Part shown: positions 1-25,200 of the stretch, piece after piece | How positions within the stretch are numbered: the stretch's first letter is position 1 | How the letters are laid out: the number at the start of each line of letters is the position of its first letter | NCBI GenBank assembly: GCA_964035545.1 | Contig: OZ037769.1 | Span: forward strand, 372,001 to 436,000 | Length of the DNA stretch: 64,000 bases | Reading direction: 5' to 3' | DNA from: Bugula neritina | Taxonomy: Eukaryota > Animalia > Bryozoa | Notes under the pieces: model-generated | Seen by the model: only the letters and a program-made list of their open reading frames with translations | The model's database searches: none | What the model was told of the DNA's origin: nothing | Translations under genes and position numbers: made by a program

Positions 1-60
1 TGAGACGGATGACGCTTGTACTGTAAGAGAATAGCTATATTATATAAATTATATATATAA

Positions 61-154
<94 letters not shown>

Positions 155-2495
155 GTATATATCCGTATATATAGGAAATAAACATTGTGCTGGATGATGA
201 CAGCTACGATGAGGAAGCTCAAGATATGATCTGGAGCTTCTCTTCATGTTATTAGAAAGAAATGGAAATCTACATTTGTGTTGATGATGCCAGTGAGTTT
301 AATACAACTAAGTAAAGTGTATAGCAATTTCCTCGAACTGATGTATTTCTCTGTACACTGTTTGTAACTTGTCAACTAATTTTATGCAACATACTTGTTG
401 TCCATGCTATATTTATTTTCCATTCCACTTGTTGTGCATGCCAACTACTAATTTTCTAAGCTGAGGAGCTCCTGTGCTGTTCCTTCTAAATACTGCTGAA
501 AAATTTCCATGTCTGCTTAAAAATATTAGGCTTTGATTAAATTTATATATATACTGGTTATTTCACTTACAGCTGGATCAACAACTATACCACCAACAAC
601 TACAGCAGCACCAACTACAGCAGCACCAACAACAACAGCAGCACCAACAACAACAGCAGCACCAACCACAACAGCAGCTCCAACCACAGCAGCTCCAACC
701 ACAGCAGCACCAACCACAGCAGCACCAACTACAGCAGCACCAACTACTACAGCAGCTCCAACAACTACAGCAGCTCCAACTACTACAGCAGCACCAACTA
801 CAACAGGTAAAACTTTTCAAATACATATTATATAAATAACAAACAGCAAATGTTAGGCAAATGTTTATGTTTTCATGATATGACATCATGGTTTTGCAAC
901 GTGATATATGTTGTAAGGTAACAGGCACTTTTACATATTTTGTATTGTAATATATATTATAACAGACACATTTATGTTGTAGCTGCACCATTGACTGGAT
1001 GCTACGAAGGGACAGTCGATTTTACTGCTAATAGCTGTGCCGTACAAACTAAGACAGTTGAGCTAACAATGGTTGGGACATCCACTAAAGTTAATTTCAA
1101 AGTACATGTTATTGGGTGCTGCTCAGACGAAGATAATTGCAAAGTTGACACGTCTGAAGATGGTACGAGTTCTTTTAATTTTAACTGCTTCAGTTTATTT
1201 AAAAACAAAATATAATGCCTACACTTTTTGAAAATCACCTCTGCTAATTTAATTGTCCAAAGTTGGACTTCCTGTCTGGTTTCAAATAGGGAGTGGATTA
1301 TTGTATAAAGTACATACAGATTGTTAGGGGAGTGATCTGTACCAGAGCATTTAGTGCTATCTTAAGTGTTGTTCTACAGAGCCATATGAATGCAGCTACT
1401 ATACAACACCTAATATTGATGGTAGCAGTGAGTACACCGTTAGTTGTTCAGAAGGTTGCTTTACTGGAGTTACTACTTATCCTGATGGGTAAGCACACGC
1501 AGTGTTGTGTCTTTAGAATAAAAATATATTTTTCCTCTGATATTCGAATAAAGTTTAATACCATATGTATGACCAACATGTCATTTACTAAAGTCAAGCT
1601 CTTTCAGCATAAACCTAGTGATGATGGCATTATCTGGCTGTAGTATAATTAATAACCTGTTATTAGTAACTACAGTACCTAGTTACTGTAAGTTATTAGT
1701 TATTAGTTACTATATAGTTACTATAGTAACTAGTAGCTGGTTACTATAAGCTACTACTTTAGTGATAACTAGTAGCTAGTAACTACAGTAGTATAGCAGT
1801 ACCACATATCTCCTTATAGAATTGTTAAATCTGCACATGGATGCCTTAATGACATTCCCCGGGAGTTGGTGGGGCCATACGACGATGTAACCGAATGTGA
1901 CAAAGACACCATCATGGATGGAGACTGCCAAGACCTTGCTGGTGGATTCTATGTAAGCAAACCCTTTCACAAACTTTTTTCTTTCATCAAGTTCTTGAGC
2001 TAATGATTTAAATACATCAACTAATTTATCAAGTTCTCTGGACACAGAGTATGCTATACAATACATTAAATATTATATATGATATACTATGTTACATTAT
2101 CTTGTTTTCTGTTATATATGGTATATATTGCAGTGTATAATATGTTGTAGCAGTACAGTAATATTTTATATACTTAACTACAGTATATATAGAATAAATC
2201 ATGGAAGCTACAATTTCACATCTCTGTTACAGGTCTGTGCCCGGTGCTGTAAGCTACAATTTCACTTCTCTGTTACAGGTCTGTGCCCGATGCTGCAAGC
2301 TACAATTTCACTTCTCTGTTACAGGTCTGTGCCCGATGCTGCAAGTCAGATAACTGTAACGACTGGGAGACCCAAGAAGAAATTTTAGCTGATGACGACG
2401 ATGACAATGACAACGGCTCTACAAATCTTTTACCGTCTGCTCTTCTTCTTATTATCACCTTTCTATGCTCAATCAAACATCTAGTAGGCTTTTAG
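1..2495 (+). CDS. 5'-truncated gene for a Thr-rich mucin-stalk, Cys-rich Ly6/uPAR (three-finger)-like GPI-anchored surface protein; exons <1-22, 175-292, 573-806, 983-1162, 1380-1488, 1820-1952, 2325-2495; in-frame TAG at 253-255
   Basis: GT-AG exons join with consistent phases (0,1,1,1,2,0): ...[38 protein letters not shown] / (PTTTAA)n / APLTGCYEG...GCCSDEDNC / EPYECSYY...CSEGCF / AHGCLND...ECD...DCQD / [12 protein letters not shown]...[27 protein letters not shown]. CCxxDxCN is the LU-domain terminal signature, and the small residues followed by a hydrophobic tail fit a GPI signal. Exon-by-exon similarity to the gene at 59549-63714. Confidence 0.75.
65..152. repeat. (TA)n microsatellite
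   Basis: Pure AT dinucleotide run just upstream of the acceptor at 173-174. Confidence 0.95.
590..806 (+). repeat. Coding 15/18-bp repeat encoding PTT(T)AA mucin-like units
   Basis: ORF 533-835 reads [11 protein letters not shown]...; exon bounded by ttacag and gtaaaa. Confidence 0.9.
2205..2345 (+). repeat. 46-bp x3 tandem repeat containing the terminal-exon splice acceptor
   Basis: aagctacaatttcacWtctctgttacAG|gtctgtgcccgRtgctgY at 2205, 2251 and 2297; AGs at 2231, 2277 and 2323. Confidence 0.95.
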
Positions 2496-2952
2496 ACTAA
2501 TTTTTTTTGCTTAGCACGGTGTTACCTTTTTGTGCCTGTTTTTGTGCTTCATATCAATATTTGAATTGTTTGCTTCGTTTTTTATGTTTGTTTTCTAAAT
2601 TCTAGTTGATGAAGTTAATTAGAACAAAAATATGAATCTTGAAATTATTACCAACTTTGTGTGCCACCAGCTGGTCAAGTATCCCTAAGTTTTGGCATAG
2701 ACTTCAGTGTGTGCTGCAGTAAATTAGTGTGCAGTTTGTAAATTCTTATATATTTTTATTTTTTCCGTTTTGAAAACTAAAGCTTCATTGTGAATTGACT
2801 GTATATGAAACTTTGCGTTTGCTAAAATAAATCTGATAATTTCATAAGTCTTTAACTTTTTTGATTTCTAACTTGACATAGGTTTGACATATAAATGAGA
2901 GCTTTTCTACCAGATTACTATTCTATGGTGTGTATATAATAGCAGACCAGAG

Positions 2953-3070
2953 TATACTCTCTATACACTTACGTCGTATATAGTATCACAGGATATACTC
3001 TCTATACACTTACGTCGTATAGTATCACAGAATATACCCTGTATACACTTACAGTATATAGTATTACAGG
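2953..3070. repeat. ~40-bp x3 tandem repeat
   Basis: tatactctctatacacttacgtcgtatagtatcacag units. Confidence 0.85.
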
Positions 3071-4247
3071 ATATTTTATGACCTTGTTTATTGATTGACA
3101 AAAGCTATAAAAATTGTAGAGAAAAACTAGTAGAATATTGATTGTATGCCACTAGTTAGAGTCCACCTACATCGTAAGTTTGTACAAGTTTTCTGAATAG
3201 TTACGAGCAATCAGTGACATGCATAATGTGTTTAGAAAAAGTGAAAGTTTTTGAAAAAGTGAAAGTTTTGAAATTGCAAAAATCATATATTTGCAAGATA
3301 TTTATAGCATGGTAGCTTAGCAACGACCTCTCTTAGCAAACTGTGAAACACATGGCACTATAATGGTCTGTATTGTTCGGCCAGTTCACCTGAAAATGTT
3401 TGTATATGTGCTCCATGGTGATATGTGTTAAGGTGATCAAAAGGGAATTCTTAGCCATTGTAGCTTTTGTTGGTGTTGCTAATGTAAAGCATAATGTATG
3501 ATTATACTACAACAGAAAAAAAACTCAGGTGTTTATATTTTATAAAACATAAAACAATTTCATTGTTTAGAAGTCTTTGCATAGAATACTATAGAATATA
3601 ATATGACAAATTAGCAGCATGCTTAATTCCTCATAAAGAAAAACTTGACTGCCTCTAATTTCAACCCGCCTGATATTTTCAGTCCTAATGTCAACGTAGC
3701 CATTCAATGTTGAAATATTTATGAAGTGGCACAACCCTGTTCACACATGAAGATGATTTGTTAACAAGTATATGGTTCTTTGTAAGGCAGCTGAAGGTAG
3801 TATTCACTGCAGACCTAGTCTTTTATCAGCCTGTAATTGTAGGTTCATGCATATATAAATGGATTGTTCATCACTATGTTACACTGAATATTGTACTAAT
3901 AATGAAAATAAAATGGCTGAAATCAAATTATACAATAGCGTAATTTTGAGAATAAAATCGGCTGCTAAAATAAATTGCAATTATTAACAGAGATTTTTAA
4001 ATTAGAATAAAATATGAAGTTTTTTGTTTTAATCAGTTTGTTTTAATTTAAGCAAACCTATAATATAGTAGATTGCATTTTGATTCAGCATAACTTGCAG
4101 ACTGGCAAAATGTATTTCAAGAACATTGTTTTGCTCAAATAGAGTTTTTAGTACTTTATGTTTTTGTTATATTGGGCACTTTGCAGTTTTTGGTCTATGG
4201 GATAGAGATGACAACTTTTCGTGCCGTGAATGCTATTAAGGGTTCAC

Positions 4248-4465
4248 TCACTTCAGTATACAGTTTACTTTATAGAAAGAGGATAACTCTTGAGTATACA
4301 CTTCAACATACAGTTTACTTTATAGAAAGAGGATAACTCTTGAGTATACACTGCAACAGTTTACTTTATAGAAAGAGGATAACTCATGAATACTCACTTC
4401 AGCAAACGATTTACTTTGTAGAGAGAGGATAATTCCTAAGTACTCACTTCAGCATACAGTTTACT
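4248..4465. repeat. ~50-bp x4-5 tandem repeat upstream of PKC
   Basis: cacttcaRYatacagtttactttatagaaagaggataactcttgagta units. Confidence 0.85.
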
Positions 4466-4899
4466 ATAATATATATAAGTTTCTTTCAGTACAACCCTAG
4501 CTGTGTATGTATAGAGGAAGGGTTGATTATCTTCTAAGGTTACTAACTCTTCCCTTTGTAGTTTATTAGCTCATAATAAAAGAGCTGTTGCAGCCATCCA
4601 ATTTATATCCAACACTAATCAATTATCCCTCATTATTATTCAACAATAAACAGTATAATTAATTCCAAGCGGCCAATCAAAGCTACACAGATACTCTGAA
4701 GGTCCAATAAAATGCCAGGAAATGTACACAAGGGACTACTAGCTGCCACTGTTTGCTAACACATTGTAGCACACAGCCCACTCGCAGCTCAGCCTATTTA
4801 AGGGAGAGTATAAAGTAAACACGTGAAGAGCCTTGCCTTTCAATCAACATTTTATTAGCTTTAGCAACTGCATTCTTGCACACCTCTTCCCTCGCAAAA

Positions 4900-5025
4900 T
4901 CTCTCTCACACACACAAACTCTCTCTCACACACAAAGTCTCTCTCTCACACAAACTCTCTCTCACACACAAAGTCTCTCTCTCTCACACACACACAAAGT
5001 CTCTCTCACACAAAGTCTCTCTCTT
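4900..5025 (+). repeat. CT/CA-rich ~18-22-bp repeat in the presumed PKC 5' UTR
   Basis: ctctctcacacaaa(g/c)t units immediately before the ATG at 5041. Confidence 0.85.
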
Positions 5026-5040
5026 TCAAGACTCTTCAAG

Positions 5041-16835
<11,795 letters not shown>

Positions 16836-19800
16836 TACCGTGAGGTATATTTCAGCTAGCTATTCCATTATTTTGATCTCCTCACACTTGTGGATGTAGA
16901 TATACTTTCAATTAGGTGCCGTGAGTAGTGCCAAAAGTGTCTACAATTGATTGTAGATTTGCTTACAATCACTTCGACTTCTCCACTTTATCTGGTTGTT
17001 AGTAATGATTGTAAACAGGTAAATATTAAACATGATCTGGTAAGGGTTTCGTTTCTAACTACGAAGAAATTTCTATATTATAAGAAAATATTACAAGACG
17101 GTTTTGAGTTGTCCTCTCTGCTTGTACGTAGTCACTTATTCTTCTGCATACGATTGTAAAGTGCTTTATTCTCTTAGCAATGCTTGGTGAATCGAACAGA
17201 CTTACTCGAGTATAACAAGAAGTCGTCCTCTCATGTCTGCACTGAAACACTAATAAAAAAGTTCATTCTGAGAATAATAAAAGACACAAGATTGTATAAA
17301 GTGTTCTGCGTATTTCTTTATTGTTATGTACCTTGAAACTCTAAGCAGGGTAGTCTGTGCACATTGCTTTACTTATTTGATGTTTATATTGTGTCCAAAA
17401 ACGGCTTTTTTCTACCCATTGTAAATTGTAATTACTTTTACTTTTGTTTTGTTTTTTAAATGTTATATTATATCTCTGCAATAAATTTGGCAAGTTTTTC
17501 AACCCCTATAGAATCTCTTTGAAAGTTTTAAATTAATTATTATTTTGTGTGCAATATATTTTACATTTTACTACATTTTAAAAATGTTATGCTGCAATAG
17601 TATTTCATTTCTATTTATGTAATTTCTAATAAAATGTGAAGCATAAACATTGTGTGTTGCATTCACAAATATGAAAATCTTAAAAATGTTTTGCAATATT
17701 TGTACAATAATTAAATTGATGGTAAAAACAATTTTAAAAATATTACAACAAGCTGGTATGATCTCGAATGCAGCACCATAACAAAGGACCAGTTAGAGTA
17801 GACCAAAACATACTGTATTAATTCTGTGATGACAAAATATTAAAAAACATTAAAAGTAGAATAGCTCTAAGAAGATTCTTCTCAATTCTATTCGTAGTTC
17901 AATACATTGCATAGATGTAGCGGGTTTAAATTGTCAAATCACCAGTTTTAACTGTCTTTTCCCAAAACCTCCTCATTAGTTGTAGGCTACATTGCAGTAG
18001 ATACGTTTACTGTTTATGTAGTTGCAGGCCTCGACTGTACGTTTCAAGTGTTGACTGTAGACGTCAGCCCAGTCATTGATTGATAGTACGCGTGCTTCAT
18101 TGATAATTTGTGTAATTAGTCGTCAACAGTGAGATACGATTTTCAATTATCAGCTGGGAGAGGGTTGAATGGCGGCTATTATATAAGGCATGATGAGCTA
18201 CAAGTACTTCATTGTATTCCACTACACACAGGTGTAATAAGTCTGAGTAAATTAATAAAGAATCCTGAGTAATACCTACTAAAGCACCCCTAGTCAATTA
18301 CTCTCCTTCAGCATTAGAGCATCTAAATACAAACTGGGCATCAATACAAAGCTGTGGATAGCAGGCACTTGTTCCTAGGTGTCAAAGTATCTACTAGAAG
18401 CCAGCAACACTCTTAGAGGATGTAAGCAGGTAAGTTTCCTAGCTTCTAGAACATTCATTTAGCAGTGTTCTGCAACATAACACAATGTATGTATGCTGTC
18501 TACACAGTTTATATACTTTTTATATTTGTTAGTACAACTATTTTGTGAGTTATTATTTAATCTTTCAACACAACTAGAGGGCTGTAAAAATTCTAGCTAA
18601 CAATCTTAAAACTATTGACAAAATACTGACCTCTCATTGTATACCTCCAAACACCCTGTCAGTTTTTGTTAAACTTTATATAGTCCAACTCTAAGGCACT
18701 ATTTCCTTTGTCAATTCTCATTCAAGAACTATTGGCACATATATTATAATATACTGCAAGACCATATATACAATAAATATATGCAGATATTATATACTGT
18801 GTATATTTCAATAGATACTCCAATATACGCCTGCACTGAGTTCTAAACTACAAGTTTTATATAATCAATCTAAAAAATACTGAACTACCTTAGCATTAGA
18901 TTCCTAGAACAATTTTATAACACAAAAACCCCTCAAGCCATGAAACCAGAGTGTTGAGAGTGAAAATTACTGGAACGCTGCACACTGCCCTCGTACAATA
19001 AGCATTCTTCAAGCATACATGTACTCAGTCTAAACAGGCATATCAGTCCATAACTTGCAGAAAGAACTGTTAGCACATGTGGTAAGATGAAAGAAGGTAT
19101 TGTTGTGAGCAATATATAGTTTGCAGGTGTGTAGAGGTGAAACTCTGTGTGCAGGTGCTCAACGCACTAGACCTATGTTTAGTTTCAAATTTCTACTTAG
19201 TCTACTGTTACACCTTCATTCGTGTATATAGAAATTTCTCTCAACTCCGAGTTTAGTTAGTTTTTCTATGTGTGTTGCTCTTATAATGTTTATTTAAAAT
19301 CAAATAATTCTTTAGCATTACCTGTGAATAAAGTTACTTGCAAAATAAAAATAAATATGGCTATGCATGTACATTATAATAATCACCGTAAATATGAAAA
19401 TGAGGAGTCATTATCATAAAACAGAGGCAACTGTAGAACTATTTCAGTTTAATGAAATCAACATTATCACATAGAAACTTTTCAACTGAAAGGCTATTAA
19501 TTTATTAAAACAAATTTATTCACAATTTTGTTTATTTTCTAATATTAGATTCCTGTGGCTGATAATGCAATACTTTGCTATAATATATAATAAGTTTTGT
19601 TTAGTAACTTCTGCTTGAATTGGATAATAATTGACATGTTTTGAACCCTGTTTGAGTTGATAGTTTTGACAGTGTGAAGTATTTTATGCAATACTATTTG
19701 TAAGATCTGGGTGACTAGGTAAGATAAATTATGTCTCTCATCAGCAAAAACTACAAGAGCCAGGTGTATTGAGTGCTAATACTAATGATTAAGACTCCAT

Positions 19801-21467
19801 TATCCAGTTGTATAACATAGGATTAGCTCTACCAACTGCAACTCTTAGTTCCGCTCATCCGCTCTCTCAGCTACCTACCTCTCTCCTACTGTAGCCACCT
19901 ACCTCTCTCCTACTGTAGCAAATGTCAGGTAAAATTATGAAACAAAAACTTAATTATTTTTGGCAAATTGTTACGTAAATTATTCTTAGAAGTTCAATAG
20001 AAATCTATATATATATGAAAGCAAGCAGTGTGTGTTTCTATTCATCTTCTCTTCTAAACCAAATCTACAGTTAGCATGCCTTGCTATAGCAAACATTTAG
20101 CATGCCTTGCTATAGCAAACAGTTGCTGCTTTCTAAGCAAGTCTGTTTCATCTTCTAGTCAAACAAACGAGCTTTTGTTAGCTGAGGTTAATCTGTAATT
20201 CAAGCCAGCCTTAATGACTTTTTCACAATAAAAACAACCAACCTGCGAGGTATAAACTTTGACAACCACTGAATAATGATTTTATAAGAACTTTGAATGC
20301 CAAAGCGCAACTCAACAGACTGCGTGTTGCTTATAGGATGGTTATATTATGCTTTTTGACATATTTGTTTGTTCAACTCTGGATCTAGTAAACAAGTATT
20401 TCTAAATAAAGTTACAAGGAATTTGCAATACTTATAACAAATACCTGTAAATATGATTTCTTGTTAAGACCAGATCATATCCACGGTTAGACATAGATTT
20501 GCTCTCTTTAAGACAGCATGCATGCAGTTGATGAAAGCTGAGTGTACTTTGATTGAGTGTTGTTATTAGCGAATTCCTAAATACTGTGAGAAAGGAATTT
20601 TAGAGTCAGCTTTCCCAGACATTAGGCATATTTCTTTTTGACTTGTGAATTTGGGATGAAGCTATTTAAATATATTATAACTATATAATTATATTATGAC
20701 TATATTATGGCTATTTCTAATATTATCAGTGTAGAATCATATTATATACCCATGTTTACTATGTTAACAAAATTTTGAAAAAGAACAATTTCAAGTCATG
20801 GCAGCGTAGCTTTACTGATGTGCTACATATAGGCCTGAAAACCTGTAACTTACTGATAGATAAAACAGCCCCGGGCTATAGCATCTTTACTTGTAACATT
20901 TAGCTTCAACAATGCGCTTTGTACCCAACTTTATAGTTAGCTTTTGTTGAAGCTTCATTACTTGCTTACAGCCATTCCATATATTATGTTGCTAAAACCA
21001 GGCCCATCCTAACTCTATACCACTTAGCTTACTACATTTTTGAGCTTTTCAAAATAACACGGCTTTTCTTAGCAGAAACTATAGTACTTAATTGTTTTCT
21101 ATGTAAAATTTTGATTAGAAAACTTTCATTTCTATATAATTTAGGTTTTGCTTCAAGTTTTTAGCTCAAACTTGCTATATCTGACAGCGTACTAGTGGCT
21201 GGTAGAAGGGTCAATACAGCTGAATAGAGGGGTTATCTATCAATATATTTCACTAATTCTTTGTTAGAAGAAACTATAGTAGATAAAAGTCACCTATAGG
21301 CTGTTCTAGCTGCTACTTTGAATAGCATGACTCATAGTTGACTCAAACGGTTGCTGCCGAGCAGGTCATACTGCCAAGCAGGCCATGCTGCCGAGCTGCC
21401 TCTCCAATTCACATTGTTAAGTGCAGCAACATTGCAGATAAAACAAAGCTGTGACTCTGATTTGTTT

Positions 21468-21565
21468 GTTTTCATTAATTATATCATTTGTATTATTGTT
21501 TTCACTAATTATATCATTTGTATTATTGTTTTCACTAATTATATCATTTGTATTATTGTTGTCAC
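21468..21565. repeat. 30-bp x3 tandem repeat
   Basis: gttttcactaattatatcatttgtattatt units. Confidence 0.9.
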
Positions 21566-22296
21566 CTAATTATTATAATTATAATTCATTCCATGTAACC
21601 TTTCCAATATTCTATCAGAAAAGCCAATGGTCTTGTTTAGCCAATACAAACATCCCAAAAGTGTTTATTGATTATTGATATTCTATTATAAAAGCCAAAG
21701 TAATTACCCAACAATTAGGATGCCAAATTATGCTGCCCCTGTAAGCAATTTGAAAGAGCATATCATTAACAGCAGCGTTCTATTGAAGAACAACAAAATA
21801 AATAGTCTTTACACACAATAGCTTTTTCCTATAGTATATTTACACTCCAAGTGAAGTTTAATAACCACAGGAATAAAGAGAAAGTGCCTCTGTAGTATAA
21901 CCAAGGTATCTGGAGCCCTCTGGTCAGCTGGTATACAGTTGTCTTTGGCCCCTTAATAAAAATCACTACAAGTTCATGGATTTATGGTTTTGATAAAAGT
22001 CTGATAACTCTGGTTATTTTGTTCTCTCAGACTAACATCTATATATTCTCAGACTAACATCTATATATTCTCAGACTAACCAGTAATAACCTAATTTTTG
22101 GACATAAATTCTGACCAGTACAAGGAAAAGTATGGCCCAGTATGTAACTACGACTATTACATAACCAGCAGCAAATGCTGAGGCAGCAGCAGAGACCAGG
22201 CAACTATAGTTGTATTTCTATTTTCTCATTTAGTGTCAGCTGAACCTGGTTCTACGATGAGCTTAGACTGAGGTTTTTCAAACTGATGAAATAAAG

Positions 22297-25200
22297 ATGA
22301 GACGGTTGCTCACCTGTTCGTACTCTGTGTTCCTCATGGCAATGCTAGTCTCCCCCCTCGAGCAGGTTTATAGTATACACATACAGTATATTATGTCTTA
22401 CACATACAGTATATAGTATACACATACAGTATATTATGTCTTACACATACAGTGTATGTCTTACACATACAGTATATGTCTTACACATACAGTATATGTC
22501 TTACACATACAGTATATGTCTTACACATACAGTATATGTCTTACACATACAGTATATTATGTCTTACACATACAGTATATAGTATACACATACAGTATAT
22601 GTCTTACACATACAGTGTATGTCTTACACATACAGTATATGTCTTACACATACACTATATGTCTTTGCTGCGTGCGAGCTTAGCAACACGCACCCGTAAC
22701 CCATGCAAAACTATGCTTTAGCTCCCCTCTAACTTCTACACAAATCTTGTGAATCTATCGGTGTTTGCTGATTTAAAAATTTGCGCAGACAACAGCTATG
22801 TGATTTTAATTTAACATTTGAACAAAATAATTAAACTTGAAAACCCTCAAAAGGCAATTCAAAACTGTGTTACTAGCGGCTATGCTCTGGTCTGTGTTTT
22901 CTTTTTGCTACGGGTGCCAAAGCTATCAGAGTATACTGTATGATATTGTCCCACATCCGGTCTGCATGGGGCCAACCTCAGGATATTACTTTATATAAGA
23001 AGTGGTTATTCCAAACTGGCTGAGTGTTATACTAAATGCTCAATCTATAATTTACTCCTTTTTCAATCAAGTATAGAGCATGTATATCAGAGCGCAGGAG
23101 GTAAAATCTCTTAATGAAATTACGGGATAATATCAGAGATGAAACCCGCAGCTTTCCCAGAGGAATATGAAACAGTCCTTGTCTCTGTAATGACAATTCA
23201 TCTTTCAGTCAGTGAATTGTCATTATGATTATCAGTTGAGAGCCAAAAGTGCATACAGATAATTGTTGAACATGCATGCAGTTTATACAAAAATTGGGTG
23301 CTATAAGATTATTATGGATTTGAAAGCTGTAGACTTTCATAAAAATGATTGTATGGCATGCTTCATGAAATCCACAGTTAATTATTTAGGCTAATGAACC
23401 CTTAACGCTATATTGAAAGTCAGGATGAATGCACTGGATAAAAAAACTGCTCTAGCCTTGAATTTTTGTTGTTATTTGCAATTATAAGTGAACTATTTGC
23501 CTGGTTAAACAAATTCCTAAAGCAACTAATTGAAATTCACAATCTAAAGTAGAAAATTTATCACGTTTTATCTAACTTTTCATATATTGCAGACATACAG
23601 TAAACGAGTTGCAAGTAAGCAGAAAGACAAATCTTCTAACAGGAAGTACAGTAAATGGAATAGTTGGACACCCTGTCCATCCATGTGCCGCTTTGACTGT
23701 TACTCACATTGCGTTCAGTTGAGGTATAAGACGTGCATAAAGCCCGAAATCTGTCAGTCAAACGTGTTAAAAGATGAGAAGACATGTGGAAGGTGTGAAT
23801 CCCCACTCCCCTCTTCCTATCAGATGACTAGCCCCGCACCGACTCCTACAAGCCGTCTGCTGATAAAGACACCAGACAGCGGCCGGCAGCTGGTAAAACT
23901 AGTCAACCATTGTCTGCCTGACTACCACTTCTCTAACTGGGGAGATTGGAGCAAATGTCTCAACGTGTGTCGTAAGGTTCGGTACCGTCAGTGTCTGACT
24001 ACACTGTGTCTGAACCGAGTAGCACACATGGAGGACTTGGCTGTTAAACAAGAAGAGTGGTGCATCCCAAAGGTGCAGGAGGGAGAGAGCCAGGAGTTGG
24101 TAAACTGCCAGAAGTATCTGGGTCACATGACTCTGGATGGAGGGCAGAGACTGCCGAGTATGGAGCTGAAACAGTGCGAGTCCACCAGACGAAAACTTGC
24201 CGCTCAGAGATTGGAAGACAAGGCAAGCAGTGAAAAGCCAGGTGAGTAAATAGTTCATTATATCAAAATGCTAATTTCAACTTCTAAATGTTTCACGACT
24301 CATTAGGGATTTTTGAGAAGCGGTCTGCATGAATCACTATAACATGTTCGTTTATTAAATAACTAGAAGTTCCAGTTGTTGAAGATCTTCTTCACTTTAG
24401 TGTTTATCTATTGTCACAAGACATGAGATTCCCTTTATTTACCTAATTGTTGTGATGGATGTACATCAGCAAATTAAGTTCTAAGCTATAGGAAAAGCAA
24501 GAGTATATCGAGGTATAAACTGATTATAAATGTGAAATAATGCTCAGGCTATACCTCTTTCAAATATTCCAATTATTGTAGAAATTATATTTTTACTGTT
24601 TGCATAGCAATTTATCGGCTAAAATTATTAAACTATTGGGATAGATCTTCCAGTGGAACTTGCACTTATAACTATAATAAGTGAACTTAAAAACTTGTAG
24701 TTAAAGAAAAGCTAAAAGAAAACAAGCAGCTAAACTTAATGTTACTATAGTGGGTGTAGTTATTACTATAGTAATGGCTACACCAACAGGTGAACTGTTT
24801 GCGATCTAATCGCTATCTCCTACAATTGGTTTAAAGCATGAGCATATACACAAGCAGTCCTAGCTGCGTCAGATTAGCTAGTATTTGTAGAGTATCAAGT
24901 TATTTACATAATTAAAGCCAACCCTAATCCCTCTCCGGCCACACACTAGGGTCATTAGCATACTTTTCCATTGATTTGTGTTGAGTTAATCCACATAACT
25001 AATTTGTCACAACCCCTGGACGTTATCCAAAGAGCTATGTCTCAGAAACACTCCTGTCGAAAATAACGACATAAGTTTATTATAAAAACAGCTACTATAT
25101 TCAATTTGCAGCAAAAGTTGTTAAAGCTTTTTATTCAATAAAAATAATTTTGTTTACTAAGAAAAAGGTGATAATTTTCAACATCTGTAATGATAAATAA

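Noticed and set aside
35-247. YIYIYI ORF; likewise 22452-22721, 21351-21678 and 35835-36170
   Set aside because: Artefacts of microsatellites and minisatellites; only the embedded real exon parts are coding
253-255. Stop-codon reassignment or readthrough at the in-frame TAG
   Set aside because: TAG terminates other genes here normally (2493-2495, 29262-29264) and no other reconstructed exon has an internal TAG
578-991. Cys/Trp-rich minus-strand ORF resembling a metallothionein or keratin-associated protein
   Set aside because: Antisense reading of the PTTAA mucin exon
18360-18435. Non-coding first exon of the protease (cag|gtaagt at ~18430)
   Set aside because: Only a donor-like motif; cannot be supported without transcripts
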